A stretch of 63,272 nt of DNA, counting the filler, from Hausera hauseri (lineage: Eukaryota), in NCBI GenBank assembly GCA_046269625.1. It is 12 parts of 12 records of this genome, joined end to end, with 100 filler letters (N's around TTAATTAATTAA, not from the genome) between each part and the next. Parts side by side here need not be neighbours in the genome. Positions count along the whole stretch, not along the records: positions 1 to 6,655 come from JBJURY010078105.1; positions 6,756 to 11,739 come from JBJURY010371038.1; positions 11,840 to 16,527 come from JBJURY010475132.1; 9 more parts are not named here. One strand, 5' to 3'. A program made the translations under genes and the position numbers. The stretch's first letter is position 1, and each line of letters begins with the position of its first letter. Of the stretch, positions 1 to 13,104 are shown piece by piece. The notes below the pieces were generated by a model. That model saw only the letters and a list, made by a program, of their open reading frames with translations. It was not told the DNA's origin and made no database searches.

Positions 1-39
1 AACTTTCGCGTTGAACTTTTCCATATTGAAAGATTTATT

Positions 40-260
40 TTCTCAATTTCAAAGATTATCTAGAATGATTAAACAATCGATGGATCTTGGTGCGGTTCGT
101 GATAAATTAGAAACGTGTGTACAAAAGCGAGCTGAAATTTTTGGCAGATGTCAATCTCATGTTCAGCAAATGTTTTACCTATAACGACGTTTCACGATTT
201 TTACGCGACATTCCGGAGATATTCGACGAGAAGTACAGTAAAGTATGCAAATTAAGCAAA
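40..260 (+). pseudogene. Frameshifted bromodomain fragment
   Basis: DYLEMIKQSMDLGAVRDKLE, then a frame change into YKSELKFLADVNLMFSKCFTYN; matches the bromodomain pattern Y..IK.PMDL..I..KL...Y......DV.L.F.NC..YN. Confidence 0.75.
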
Positions 261-3200
261 TTGTTGACTGCACCGGCAGCTGCAGCAACTGTTATAAAGG
301 CAGATCCGACGTTTGCAGCCACGCCAGTTCCTACTCCTGGGTGCCAATTTGATGTAGCAACGGCATTTGAGTCATTTCAGCAGGAATACCCTCATTTGGT
401 AAATCATTTTGTCAGTTGGGAAGGACGCATGTCTAAATTTGCTACGGGACGGAACACACCATGCGAGCCGGCGTCATTTAATCACGTTAATGATTACTTC
501 GGGATACTAACAAAGCGACTCTTGGATTTGGATTGTTCGATTTATAATGAAGACGATAATGCTCTCAGATATTTCACGCACTTTCAGTCATCGATCATCT
601 AAGACCATATTATGGACTTGTTCAATGATTTGTGCTGGTCATTCAGTGATTTGCGTGGATCATCTTCGAGGATTGTACGACCAAATTTAAAAAGGAACAG
701 CCCATTTTTTCACAGTGAAAGTTGAAGGCGATGAATCCTTATACACTTTTAACAATTTCGGATGAATTTCCTTTGGTGTTAAACCATTGAAAACAAAAAA
801 TTTTATCGCTGCACGATGTCCAATTTTGTACATTCGGAAAAAATTAATGACATGTCAATATTAAAAAACTATTGTGTTGACACGATAGTAATTTTTCTAT
901 AAATTTAGTGACATTATACATAAGTACCATTATTGTCCATTACATTGCGGATATGAATTTGAAACATATCAAATTCGTGTTTCATAATTGCGGGAGTGAA
1001 AGTGGCATATTGGGTGTGAAGGTATTTGTTAAAGTCCTCTGTATCATCAAAATTTAATCTGCACCTCAACGGACAATCAATGAACAAGAAACTGAATTTC
1101 TCGCGGGGTCGTTATGCCGTCGCATTTGTGTGCCGAGTTAACGTCGTTACAGCGTGCGTTAGTGTTCCAATTTATTTTTAATTTCGGCACTTCTTCAGAA
1201 TCTCATAATGACTTTTTGTTAGTCCTGCTAAAAATACAGTCAGTGGCTATTGTATGATCAGATTTAGTGATGCATGTGTAACCGGTTTATCGGTTTTGTT
1301 GTCTAGTGATGCCGGATTGATATCCACGGTTGTATTTGGTGTGGAGACCGGATTAAGATACACGATTCTATCCGAAACTGGCGCGTTTGCGGTAGTCGTT
1401 ACCACCATTATTGTTACCTTGGTTTTCATGACAATTTTGTATGAAATGGTACATAAAAGCGATGAAACAGTTCAATGAAACGATCGGTATAAAATCATTA
1501 TTTAAGTCATCAGAAGAATCATTAATGGGAGAATGATCTTCTTCATATTGCTTATGATAGATTTCCTGAAAAATTCGCACTGGCTTCGCGGCATATTCGA
1601 AGTGTCGAAAGTTCGGTAAATCGTAGAATAATTCGATGTCATGGGAGTATGCAAAGATGGATTGCTATAAGTAATAGGTTAGTTGATTTGTAACGATCGA
1701 CTGATAGACTCCGAATGGTTTGGATATGGGAAATTTTGGTTTGTCTCAAATATGCCACACTGCACAGATGAAAATCTTCCATATTCTGAATGATTTTTAC
1801 CAAAATTCCGCAGACTTTTCGGAAATTTGGGTTGGCGACTAAATATTGAAAATTGGAGCATTCCTCTCTGTATATTCCATAAATATAAATTCAATGCCTC
1901 TGTTTTAGTAATATTTTTATATCAGAAATCAAAAATTTTAGAACTTTTAAAAATGACTCAAGTATAAAATTCACAAAGTTTAGTTTGAACGTAATTTCCA
2001 AACAAAGAATAAAGGCGATTTCTGAAAAAATATGTATATTTTTAAAATGTTATAAACACTGACAAAATAATGTTGCATATTTAAACAACCAATAACTTTG
2101 TCAATTAAAATTTTTGTTTGGTGGACCAATGTGGACACCACAACAAAATAGGAATAAAAAACAAAAATTGAATGTTTACTGCTACATTTATAGTTTTCCT
2201 GTCCGTCTGCTGATTTAAAGAAATTATCGGAACTCGATTGTGTGAGCCTTCTCATAGCAAGCTCTGATATGTGTCTGCCGGAACAAATTGAGACCAACTA
2301 GCTTTTGGTCGGTAAATGAAACTCTGATAGTTAGTCTATCGCCGTCATTATACTCAGGAAAATCCCGAAGAAACCGACTGAATCAAACACTGGCGTTCTT
2401 CTCCATCCCCGAAATTCTCGTTGAGATGGGCTCTCGCTAAATGATTAGGATCTTGCTCTGATAAGTTGTTGAAATGCCGTATAAAACGGTTTCTTTTTAA
2501 CAACTCCCGTGCCGTACAGAAATCCGAATAAGATTTGTAAGAGGCGGACCATCTGTTTGTCTGGCATCGCCTCCTGTACGGCTCGAGGTCTCGCGGATTT
2601 GAATATCGGCCGTTTTTGTGGCAGGTTTATCATGTGAACTACTTCTACCAGTTGGTGAATCCGATTCAACATGCGCTGGTCTAGGTACTTTCGGGATTCG
2701 GTAGCCAGATGTGACGTCGATCTTCTCCCTCGTTATCGACTCACCAAGTTTAGTCGCTGTTTTTGATGTTTGCTGCAGTGTTTGCTCTGGTGATCGTTTC
2801 ACAGTGTTTTATACTCGGAGTCGGTGTTATCAGCAAGTTTTCGGCGCTGTTTTTCTGTGATGATCTGTTTTTGAAAAATCTCGTTGTTATTTTTTATCAA
2901 TATAAATAATTTTTTATTTGTAACTTGTTTATTTTATTTGGACATGAATCCGTGATTTCTAGGCCTGAGATTTGTGTAATATTCTGCAATTCATTATTGG
3001 TTTCGACAAAGTAAATTTATGACGCTATGTTATTAAAATTTTATAATTCTGCTGTTTTTATTTTTTAAGATTTGGTTTTGTATGTAAAGCAAAGCCTTAC
3101 AAGGTAAATCCTTCATGTAAGGAACAGTCAATGCAGATCAGCAACGTCTCATTACAAAGTACAGGTCACGATAGGCAATCAACGTCCGTTTCGTTTCGTC

Positions 3201-3585
3201 AAAAAGAAAATGATTAGTTTACAAGCAACACAAGATTTGAATTAATCATTCTCTGTCTGACAGCAACAATATAAGTTAGATGGATATAAATATTCGTTGA
3301 CTACTTAGATGGTTTTATAAGTGACACACTATTTGGTCTATAAATGTCTTGAGTACCCATAGAAGATATCTGTTGACTTTTGGCTATGGATAAATTGATT
3401 TTCTTTTATACTAAATCTACTCGCAAGGCAGTTACCTCTGCTCTTGCTCGATGTGTCATCTAAGTCAAAAAATACTTGTTACCAACTTGATTGACTATTT
3501 TAATTAAATTGAACTAAAATTGAGAATTAATAAACATACAATGTTTTTCTATCTCTATAAAAATTATAGCTCCTTGTGTTCAAAT

Positions 3586-4832
3586 CCTGGTAAGGCTAAA
3601 ATGTCCTTAGACTCGTATAGAAATAAAAAAGATAGGAGAACCAAATGTTCCATTTAAAAGACCAATTATATGTAGGTAATTAAAATATGTTTTGTTTAAT
3701 TGTTGTACATTTTTTGCAATCAGTTTGCGTATATTTGAAAAACTGTCCGACGCAGTCGAATTTCGCAGTGTTATGGGTTTTTTGCTGTTGAAGAACACTA
3801 GCAAGAAGGACATTATTCTCCAGGTTTAAGAAGCATATCGGGAGAAAGGCCCATCAAAGACAATCATTATAACTCGATTCATCAGTTTTCCTCTGGCCAA
3901 ACAAACGTGTTTGGGAGACAAGTGGTTGGGACTAGTGGAAATCGGTTTGGAAAAAAAGGAGAAATTGAAGGAAATTGTGGCCCAGGAGAGGAAGATTATT
4001 AAAATTGAGCTGTCTCAGCGAGTGAGTGTGAGTAAGAGAATAGTACAGCTTCTGCTAGAGAAATTGGGAATCGAGACGCTGTGCAGTTGATCAGTATCAC
4101 GCTTCTTAACAGCTGAAATGATGGAAAGACGTCAAACAGCATGAGAAAACAATCTTCAGCTGTTAGAGGAAATTAAACCCAGTTTATTGACGCCATTATG
4201 TCTCTATAATCCCTATCCAAACGAGAATGAAAGGAGTTGATTTTGCCCGACGAGAAGCCACCAAAGATGTTCCGTTCAACCACATCTAATCGAAAATGTG
4301 TCTTTATGTGCGTCTTTGGGACTCCAAAGGAGTTGCAAGGTTGATTTCACTGAGAAAATCATCAATTCTGAGTACTACATCAATATAATCAATGAAGTCA
4401 GGGACCTCCGACGCAAGCCACGCAACCAGGACCTCTATTTGCTTCACTACAACGCTTCTGTACACATCGCATCGAACACAGCAGACAATTGCAAAAGGTG
4501 GATTCGTGTTCATGGACCACCCTCCTTACAGCCCTGATATTGCACTCAGCGATTTTTGGTTGTTTAACCATCTCAAGAAACATTTACGAGGCCAGCAATT
4601 CGATTCAAAGGACGATCTGAAGGAAAATGTGAAGAAATTTCTCTTGGGAAAGGGTTTAGATTTCTTCGAAATGGAATTCAAACCATGGTCGAACACTGGA
4701 GAAAATGCGTGAGTTTGCGTGGGAATTATGTTAAAAAATAAAACCTTTATATGCTTGTTGTTTCAAATATAAATTTGGTCCCAGTATCTTTTCTATTTTT
4801 AAACGAGTCTAAAACTTTTAGCCTCGCCACAT
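3586..4832 (+). mobile_element. Decayed mariner (Tc1/mariner) DNA transposon, about 1.25 kb
   Basis: Degenerate TIRs: tggtaaggctaaaatgtccttagactcgtatagaaataaaaaagat at 3588 versus the reverse complement of about 4785-4829; transposase remnants between them. Confidence 0.88.
3716..4741 (+). pseudogene. Mariner transposase pseudogene
   Basis: LLHYNASVH (HDNA-like) and HPPYSPDIALSDFWLFNHLKKHLRG (YSPDLAP.D motif); several stops and frameshifts. Confidence 0.88.
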
Positions 4833-5759
4833 AATTCATATTTGACAATTTCATATGTGCACTTAAAATTAGGAAATACTATGGAAACAGAATCCTAAAT
4901 ACTATAAAAATTATTTTAGATTTATAAAAATAAAAATTGATGACACCGGTTGTAAATTGTAATTGTAATAAATGGTTTAAAAAACGACTTGTTTTTATTT
5001 CACAATACTGTATCGAATAAATGCTTTTAGTGAATGTTTCTCAGAATACGGGAATTCTTTTGTAGCAACATTTAATACAAAGATGTCAATAAGATCGAAA
5101 TATCAGTTTAAAAAATTCGCAACATTATTGTCCTCAAAAAGACTTATCATTTTACATTATCGTAAATGTATTTAACAAATCAAAACAAAGAATAAAGTTT
5201 ATATTTAATAAAATGTGCAAGTATTTGATATTTAAACTGATATTATTTATTCGATCCAATGACGCTTATCGGTAAACAAGCCTAGTGCCTTTATTTTACA
5301 GTATATGGTTAATAAATGATAATTAGTGACAATTATCAAATAATTAAATATAATTTCCAAATCAATTATTATATTTAATTTTTTAAAAATTATAAATTTG
5401 AAAAGTAACATGTTTTAAGTTAAAATTAATGCTTTGTAAAACAATTTTTTATTAAAATATTTGTAAATAAAATTCAAATTTACAAACGTGTTTAGATCAA
5501 TAATTAAGTTATCAATTTACAGTACAATGTTTCATTGCGATCAGAAATATTATTTAATAAATTTTACACAAATTCAATTGGATATTATATAGCATATTAA
5601 GTTCTATTAAACATAGTTTTCAACTTACAGTAAAATTAAACATGTATTCGGTAAACATAATGCATATTCAATCGAACTTTATGTTTTATCCGTTTATATT
5701 TAATAATAGAATATAATTAGAATTTAACCAGATTGAAACATTTTAACGATTTTATATAA

Positions 5760-6350
5760 ATTTATCAAGTTTCGATTTAAATTTCAAATTAGTAATATTT
5801 AACAATCTGCCATTTAAAATTTTGATATTTTACTTACGTAATAAAATTGTAAATATAAATTTGAAATTTGAAGTTAATTATGAAAATCATTGATAAAACC
5901 TTTTATCCATGTCCAATTTGTGTACATTCAGTATACAAAGATAGATCTCGTTGAGTTCTATAAATTAAACTAATTTCTAAATATCTAAAATCAATAAAGT
6001 TTCTGATTAATTTTTCATATGACACTTCTTATAGTTTAAATGCATTCTATAGAAAAAGAAAATATGTAATAAAATATTTATAGAAGGTTTATGAATTTTA
6101 ATTCCATTTTTAATTCAAATATATATATGCAAAAAATAGAGTAGAATATATTAAAATTTGATCAGAAATAAACGTTCTAATCAATTTATTTCAATTTATT
6201 AAGTTTCAATTTAAATTTATATTAATAATATTTATTAATGTTTATAATGAAATTATAAAGATGGACATCATCGAGTTCCGTAAATTAGTACTAATTTCTG
6301 AATTTCTATAATCAATAAAATTTCTGAGTAATTTTTCATAGAACATTTTT
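5760..6350. repeat. Degenerate direct duplications in AT-rich DNA
   Basis: About 90 bp at 5941-6030 recurs at 6261-6350; about 45 bp at 5762 recurs at 6196. Confidence 0.6.
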
Positions 6351-6655
6351 GGATATTACGTAAATTACTAGATCATGTATCTCAAAATATATTTTTGATC
6401 ATCCTTTATTATATTGCATAAATTTTCGATTGTTTAAATGCATTAATGAAATAAATTTTCTAATTGATTTTTAAAAATTAACCTTGGATATCTTATACTA
6501 AATACCACAAAAACATAACACCAACTTTGTTGCATTTTGTGATGTCCACATAACTCTAACCATATATCTAAACCTAACCTTATATTTAATCCATGGAAAT
6601 TTAAATTCTGATAAAAATCAAATTGATAAAAGGAATAAATTGAGAAATAATTTTG

Positions 6656-6755
6656 NNNNNNNNNNNNNNNNNNNNNNNNNNNNNNNNNNNNNNNNNNNNT
6701 TAATTAATTAANNNNNNNNNNNNNNNNNNNNNNNNNNNNNNNNNNNNNNNNNNNN
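6656..6755. other. Artificial contig linker (also 11740-11839, 16528-16627, 20683-20782, 25674-25773, 30107-30206, 34679-34778, 39826-39925, 45020-45119, 49707-49806, 54204-54303)
   Basis: Identical 100-nt block, 44 N + TTAATTAATTAA (stops in all six frames) + 44 N, occurring 11 times. Confidence 0.98.
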
Positions 6756-7057
6756 AAAATTAATATTAACAGGCAACAGTTTCGACTAAACCAATATATC
6801 AATATTTACAATATTAACATATGGCAATTTCCACTAGACTAATAATCAATATTTACATGTTGTCTGATTAATAATTAGCCACTTGTTCGATTCCCAATGT
6901 GGCTTAATCGTTATAAACATTCCGTTTACATAATGAAATTGTTATGGAAATAACTTGTAAATGTAATAGTTTCTTCTTACAGAAACTTACAGTTGTGTTA
7001 CTAATTCAAATTCTTATATTTACAGTTTTCTTCATATTTACAACATCTCTCCTCCCT
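6756..7057 (-). repeat. Polypurine tract (7046-7057) and start of 3' LTR (7045 downward, truncated by contig end)
   Basis: Minus strand reads AGGGAGGAGAGA|TGTTGTAAATATG; a roughly 50-bp internal duplication lies within 6760-6860. Confidence 0.7.
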
Positions 7058-9474
7058 GAGACGCGACTTCGGATGATGCGCCATTGCCTTCAGAAGGGGA
7101 GTCACGGTCGTTCGATCTTCTTAAGCGATCCAGTCTTCTTCGTAAACTGTTCTCTGAATCCGTTCGTAGAACAGTTTGTGGGCTTGTCTCCAGATGATAG
7201 TTAGTTTTAGGCCGGATTTCTACTACTTGGTTATTTTCCCCGTTTGAATAGTATTTCAACTATGTTTCTTCCGCTCGACACACTGGGCATGTGGTTTTCC
7301 CATTATCGAGGGTTTACGTCTCTATACAATCCCTACAATATTTGTATCGGCAGCCTTTGTTGGCCAATACAACAAAACCTTGCTTGAGATTAGCTTCGCA
7401 TATTGGACAGGTGTCTATTTCGTTCCCTTCAACGTGCAAATCCACATTTGTTATAGTTTCAATTCTTTCAAATACTAGACCTGTCCGATCTTGGTATAAA
7501 TAACCATACAGCTCCTTCTGATTTGGGTCTTTTGCGCTTTTTCTCGGGTCTATTTTTACGGGAAGAAGTGTCCACTCAACTATCTTTTGCTGGTCTAGAT
7601 TAGGAATACCATTGATTTGTGCTCTAATTTCAACTGGACTTTTAGCTGGGTATCTACGGGCACTGTCAGTCTTTTAGATCCGGTTTTGGGTTTGAAAATA
7701 GGGGCCAAGTATTTCCCTAATTTGGGATTCTCTTTAGCGCAAACGTTTCCATAAATTTCTCTTTGGGGTGAAACTCTTGCATAAGTTAGAGCTTCTTTAA
7801 TCCGACCATGACCAAAATACTCTGCCATTTTTGGTTTCGGATCCGTTTCCCTGGTCTCCATATTTTTTTATTCTGGGTTTTCCTGAAAAGATCGTTGCTC
7901 GTTTTTCAAGGACGTTTACGTCTTTGAGTTTGATGTCCATTTTGGGCTTCTTTCTTTTCTGCTCAATGAGGCCGAATAGCGAGGTCTTGGGTTCTTTTTC
8001 CGTTGGTCTCTTTGTACCGGTTTTCGGTTCTGGTGTTTTCGGTTTCTTGAATACATTTTGTTTAAGATTTTCTCGGGGATTTTGCTCCTATGTGACTTCG
8101 TTTTTTGAACTATTTGGGTTTTTGTTTCCGTTTTGCTTTGATTCGACCTCTTTGGTTCTGCTAGTAAATGGAAAATTGGAACCCCGCTGTTTGTTTGTGG
8201 AATGACTACTCTTGTCGGAGAATGTGCGTGATAATTTCGTCTGTGTTTGTGGCTTAGCTTCTCGAGGTTTGTAGTACTTTGAATATTTTGTTTATGGCTT
8301 TCGGATGACCATTCGAGGTCCCAACGCAATGATACATATATGTCGCGGAGATACTGTGTTTGTTGACTGGCATATAGAAGTTTGTGGATTTTAAAGTATC
8401 TCCCATTCATTGCTTCTAACATCAGTTTGAAACGTGCTTCTGCGGTTCTAGGTGGTAACAAGGAGTTATTCTTTCTCATTAATGTAAGATTCACTTGGTC
8501 TGTTACAGTGGAATGCCGCTCCATTTCGCGTATTCCGGTCAAGTATGTATTTTCGATACCTAGTTTTGCAATCATACACCGGACTCTATATTGGTTTAGG
8601 ACACATCCATAAATGCAGTGTTTCACTTCTTCCTTCATTACGTGGATGTCTTTTCCGTTCGTAAGGTCTTCTTTTGTTAGTCCTGTTAGATCGACAAAAG
8701 TTTCTCGTATTTTTTTCCTTGGAGCAATATTCCCAGAGATTTACTCGTTTCCACTCGGTTTTCTTATAGAAATTTCTATTGGGACGTTCCAACCATCCTC
8801 GTCCTCTTCATAGTTCATATCAATAATACGAACGTTCAGTCCATCTTGTACAAGCCGGTATGATTCTGACAACTGCTCAATATCTTCCTCTGAAGGTTGT
8901 TTGAATTGTCGTGTGGGTAAGATAACAAATGGGGTTTCTTGATGGGTGATTTTGTACATGAGTTTGATTGGAAGGGAGGCTGTCCGGAACTCCAACTCGT
9001 AGTTGATTAGGTTGTAACTGCACAAACTAAGAGTACTGAATCTCCATTGTTGTGCATTATTCACACTCCAAGACTGTCCGACGATTCTGTATTGGAGTTA
9101 CTCTTCTGCTAAATGTATAAATATCTGTTTATGATGTACCGTTTCAAAGTTTATCATTTTTCTTAAGACATTACACGGGCATCTGAATCGTTTTTCATAG
9201 CATGGAGCCGCATAACGCGACTTTCTTCGGTTGTTCCTTTCACTTTGTTGAATATTTTCTCTATTTGAGTATACTCTACATAGGTTTTATTTAGGAATTC
9301 GGTATTAATCTGTCTATATAGGGCTTTTGATGTTGGTGTAAGGATCGTTACATGTTTCTGGAAGAATTCATTGATTTTGTGTCTTTTCTGGGCTGTCTTG
9401 TGGTTCATCTTCGCCTTTTTGGCTATATTTACTGATCTAAAAAAGAAAAATAAGTTAATCCTAAAGCAGATCAT
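7038..9474 (-). pseudogene. Decayed accessory ORF(s) with C-terminal RING-HC finger (7278-7409)
   Basis: Manual translation CPICEANLKQGFVVLANKGCRYKYCRDCIET*TLDNGKTTCPVCR, in frame with ORF 7038-7259. Confidence 0.7.
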
Positions 9475-9531
9475 CGTTTTAAAACAAAATATTTTCTCTG
9501 TCTGATGATAGGATAACCCGATCTGTAATTC

Positions 9532-10700
9532 TCAGGTTATTCTATCATAAGTGTCGTTTCGGGGTTCCATTACCCATTGTTCCCTTTTCTCGATTTCGTG
9601 GCTCTTAGACTGACAATTTTTGGTAATTAATCGAAGAGTCTCAATTAATATTATGAGAACGAATGTTGACAGACCCGAAAATGATATTATTGTTAAAATT
9701 TTTAGTTCAGTCGAGTTTTCAGTAGTAAGCACACATTTTGGTGCTAGTCTCCTTATATTGTTTTGCATGAATTTCGATCAGTGTTCGTATTGTAAAGGTT
9801 TTATCTTCTTTGTCGTCTGCAGAAATTTCAATTACATAGTCATAGGGTCGTAATACTTTACATTCAGTTTCAGAGAACCCTTTTTTAATATTACTATTTG
9901 ATTAGTATGTAATGTCCGACATTCTATAGCTTAATTTTTTCTCGACGAAGAACAAACTTATACTGGTGAGCTAAATGCTTAGTAGGTATGTTTTCTAATT
10001 CTCTTTTAGGTGTTTTACTCGAGATGACGGTATTTGTGATAGTACTTGGAACTAGAGTTGTAGTCGACATTCTCGTAGTAATTTTCGAGGGAATCTTCCA
10101 CATTCGTTCTTTTGGATAATAGCCTCTTAGGAACACACTTTGTTGGTTAGGTCGCATCTTGTATAAGTTGAAATGTATTTTGTATTCATGGCCAATTGAT
10201 ATCTTATAACACGGATTGGGGTTCGTATAATTAATCATGCAATCAGCTTATGGCGGGGTTGGCTCATTTACTTTTATCAATCGAATAGAGATTTGCTGTC
10301 CCTGGTTAACATCGTGGTTTTAATTTGAATGGATTCGTTCTTCTCATTTTTAGAAATTCCGATGATGTTTTCATCTAAGACTTGTTTTTGTGGATTAGTG
10401 CTCTGAATCATCTCGTCAATTTTTGTTCAATTCATTCGACTGGTGTAATTAACCAAAATTGTGGCTCAAATTCGGTTTAAATTTCGTTTAACTTCCGATA
10501 GTACATGCAAAATATGTAGACATAAGAACAGTCGTAGTTTATTTTGCAACACAGCTTCTGAATTCCTTATAGGAAGTCACAATTTACTATTATCATTGAA
10601 GAGCTATATCTGAAATTTTACGGACTTCCTTACAGGCTTAGTTGTCCCAAACCAAACACATCGCACCTTCCGAGCTATATCGCAGGCCTTAATGGACTGT
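9532..10700 (-). pseudogene. Decayed type I membrane protein-like ORF downstream of integrase
   Basis: Cys-containing segments, a Thr/Ser-rich stalk (TTRMSTTTLVPSTITNT), a hydrophobic segment ILTIISFSGLSTFVLIILI and a short tail. Confidence 0.45.
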
Positions 10701-10949
10701 AAACTATCTGTATCTTTTTGCTTCGCGGCCTATTCTTTTTCAGCTATCTTTTGTATCCCACCCTTACGGATTCCATGGATGTCTTCTATTGAGGATTCAT
10801 TCAATATCCAATGTTGGATTTTTGCTCCAGGTATATGTGAGTCGATTAATGATAGTGCTAATATTATTTGTACGTATGATATCGGCCTGGCAATTATGGA
10901 AGAAGCTTCCTTTTTGCTTTTGCTTTTGGGTTTCGTTATGCGATCATAA

Positions 10950-11739
10950 GTTGTAGCGTTTATTTGGTTTTGTCTGCTTTGACACTCTGAACTGACACGG
11001 CCTCTTTACCATTCTTGTCAATATAAACTGTAGTTGGGGTAGCCTTGATAATCTCCTACGGTTCTCTTCCATTACGAGTAAGTTTAATTGATGTTCCTTT
11101 CCTGGCGTCTGGGTAGTGTACGTAAATCCGATCACTTGGTTCTACTTAGTGCTCTTTAGCTTTTTGTCCTACTGCTTTTAAATTGTTCCTGATATTCTTG
11201 AGATAACTCCTTTGCAATTTCCCAACATTTTTGTAATCTTGTCTGAAATACCTCAATTAAATTCTGTTCTAAATATTGAGGTTTTAGCACATGGCGTCCT
11301 TCCTAAATCCGTCGGTCGTATGGCTTCTCTTTGTATAACCGTTGCGTTTATTCGCTCGACCATCCCGTTACATTGAGGATGACAGGCTTTCGTAGTTAGT
11401 CGTTCGATATCAAATATTTTGTGATTTTATCGAATAGTTCGCTCGTAAAGTTTTTTCCTCTGTTCGTCAAGATTTGTTCAGGTGGCCCGTATCTACAAAT
11501 ATTTTCCCTTACTACGGTCTTTGTCAAAGTTTCAGCCTTTTGATCCCTTAATGCAGTTAGCACGACGAAGTGAGTTAGTCGGTCAATACATGTGAAAATG
11601 TATTTATTACTTTTGTGAGTGGTAGGTAACTGTCCTACAATACCCATGGACATCGCTTACATTGGCTTATCCGGTACGTTTATCGGTTTTCCTTCAGCTT
11701 TGTAATGTCGCACTTTTTTCTATTTAGCTGCGCGCTGTT
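10950..11739 (-). pseudogene. Gypsy integrase (rve core) pseudogene
   Basis: GIVGQLPTT..NKYIFTCIDRLTHF...CRYGPPEQILTNRGKNFTSELF, followed by HPQCNGMVERIN. Confidence 0.9.
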
Positions 11740-11975
11740 NNNNNNNNNNNNNNNNNNNNNNNNNNNNNNNNNNNNNNNNNNNNTTAATTAATTAANNNNN
11801 NNNNNNNNNNNNNNNNNNNNNNNNNNNNNNNNNNNNNNNAATTTATCAATAGAAAACGTTGTTTGTTGTATGAAGCCAGGCAATAAAATTCATGTTAAGG
11901 ATAATGATCATCATGACGAAAATTGTACAAATTTATCGATCAATTACAATTCCAAATATGATCTGATATTTTTTA

Positions 11976-12290
11976 ATGTTTCAGAAATGGGAAGAAAGGC
12001 GAATGAGTGGAAAATTATGTTTCTTTAGCTCCGTCCTGTATTTTATAACGGTCTATTTAATATTGTTCACATATCCGAATATTATTTTTGCAATGTATTG
12101 TTTGGCATTTGTCGTCTTATTCATCATTCGGTTATATTCGTATACTAAATCGAATGATTTCTTATTTCTATTTGGCAATTGTTATTTTGCAAATCTCGCG
12201 TTGATTTTATATCTCTGGTTACGACAAGTACCAACGGATACCCTTATCTGTTCGATATTTGCTGTGGTTCATGTCCATTACAAATTGGAA
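11976..12290 (+). pseudogene. Fragment resembling glycerophosphocholine acyltransferase GPC1 (DUF2838)
   Basis: Hydrophobic segments with IIRLYSYTKSNDFLFLFGNCYFANL, resembling R...Y.....YFL.DFCYF.N. Confidence 0.55.
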
Positions 12291-12872
12291 TTGCTATTGG
12301 ACGTTTGTTTAAATGTGGCAATAAGGTTTTGACAAATTTTGTACAAACATGAAAATATATTGATTTGCAGTTAACTTTTGATTCCATATTGAAATTTTTA
12401 AATCAGTTTTATTTTCGAGTTATTTACAGATTTTAGTTTGCAAACGGAAACATCAAGTAATATTTATCTGGTCTATTTATTGCCGTAATTTTAAGTCATT
12501 ATAATCTGAATTTAATTATCTATCGGAATTTTGTCGTTTTCTCTTTTCACATTAGAATTTTATTCATATTTATCAGTCAGTGTTAATAACAAAATTGGTG
12601 TCAGAAAAATGACTTACCCAAAAACGTTTATATTTTCATCTAACGGTTTTAAAGCGTACATCTGTGCATATTCCGCCGAATTATTCAATGTTTTTACGAA
12701 AGATGCTCGATCGGACGATGAAATATTTTGCAAAGTGTTGGAGATTGTGTCACACAAAAGCCTTAGCGGTCTATTTTACAAAGACAAAAACCAAGTCTCA
12801 TATCAAATCAGCTCCAACAATCACATCCAGTTCATTACATCGGAATTAGTCGTGTTGTGCTTCAAAATTGAC

Positions 12873-13100
12873 AGTCGTGCTGCGATCAACTCACGAACGA
12901 ATGCAAAGCTGGGAATAAGCCCCCTGATGCCGGCTTTAATGAATGGCCATGTAGATGCGGTTTGCGTTCTGTTGGAGAAGAGGTCGGATATCAATTTACA
13001 AATTGAAACAAAGCGCAATACAGCTTTGACACTGGCATGTTTCCAGAGTCGTAGTAAGATTTTATCGATTTTATTTGAACGAGAAGCGTCTATCGAACAT
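12873..13100 (+). pseudogene. Two ankyrin repeats from MASK/ANKHD1/ANKRD17
   Basis: INSRTNAKLGISPLM.A.MNGHV.AV..LL...SDIN.QIET.RNTALTLACFQ closely matches the conserved MASK repeats. Confidence 0.88.
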
Positions 13101-13104
13101 CTCG

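Larger units (their letters stand above)
6756..11739 (-). mobile_element. 3' half of a large Ty3/Gypsy element: integrase, membrane-protein ORF, long accessory ORF ending in RING, PPT, 3' LTR
   Basis: Integrase core, then about 4 kb of same-strand decayed ORFs, then a polypurine tract abutting TG. Confidence 0.75.

Noticed and set aside
2445-2802. Ser/Thr/Arg-rich minus-strand ORFs, possibly a gag N-terminus
   Set aside because: No recognisable motif to support any assignment
6656-6755. TTAATTAATTAA palindrome recurring every 4-5 kb
   Set aside because: Artificial linker between Ns; adjacency across it has no biological meaning
7831-8813. Hydrophobic plus-strand ORFs (also 22175-22750 and 23447-24419)
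   Set aside because: Antisense shadows of A-rich minus-strand retroelement ORFs
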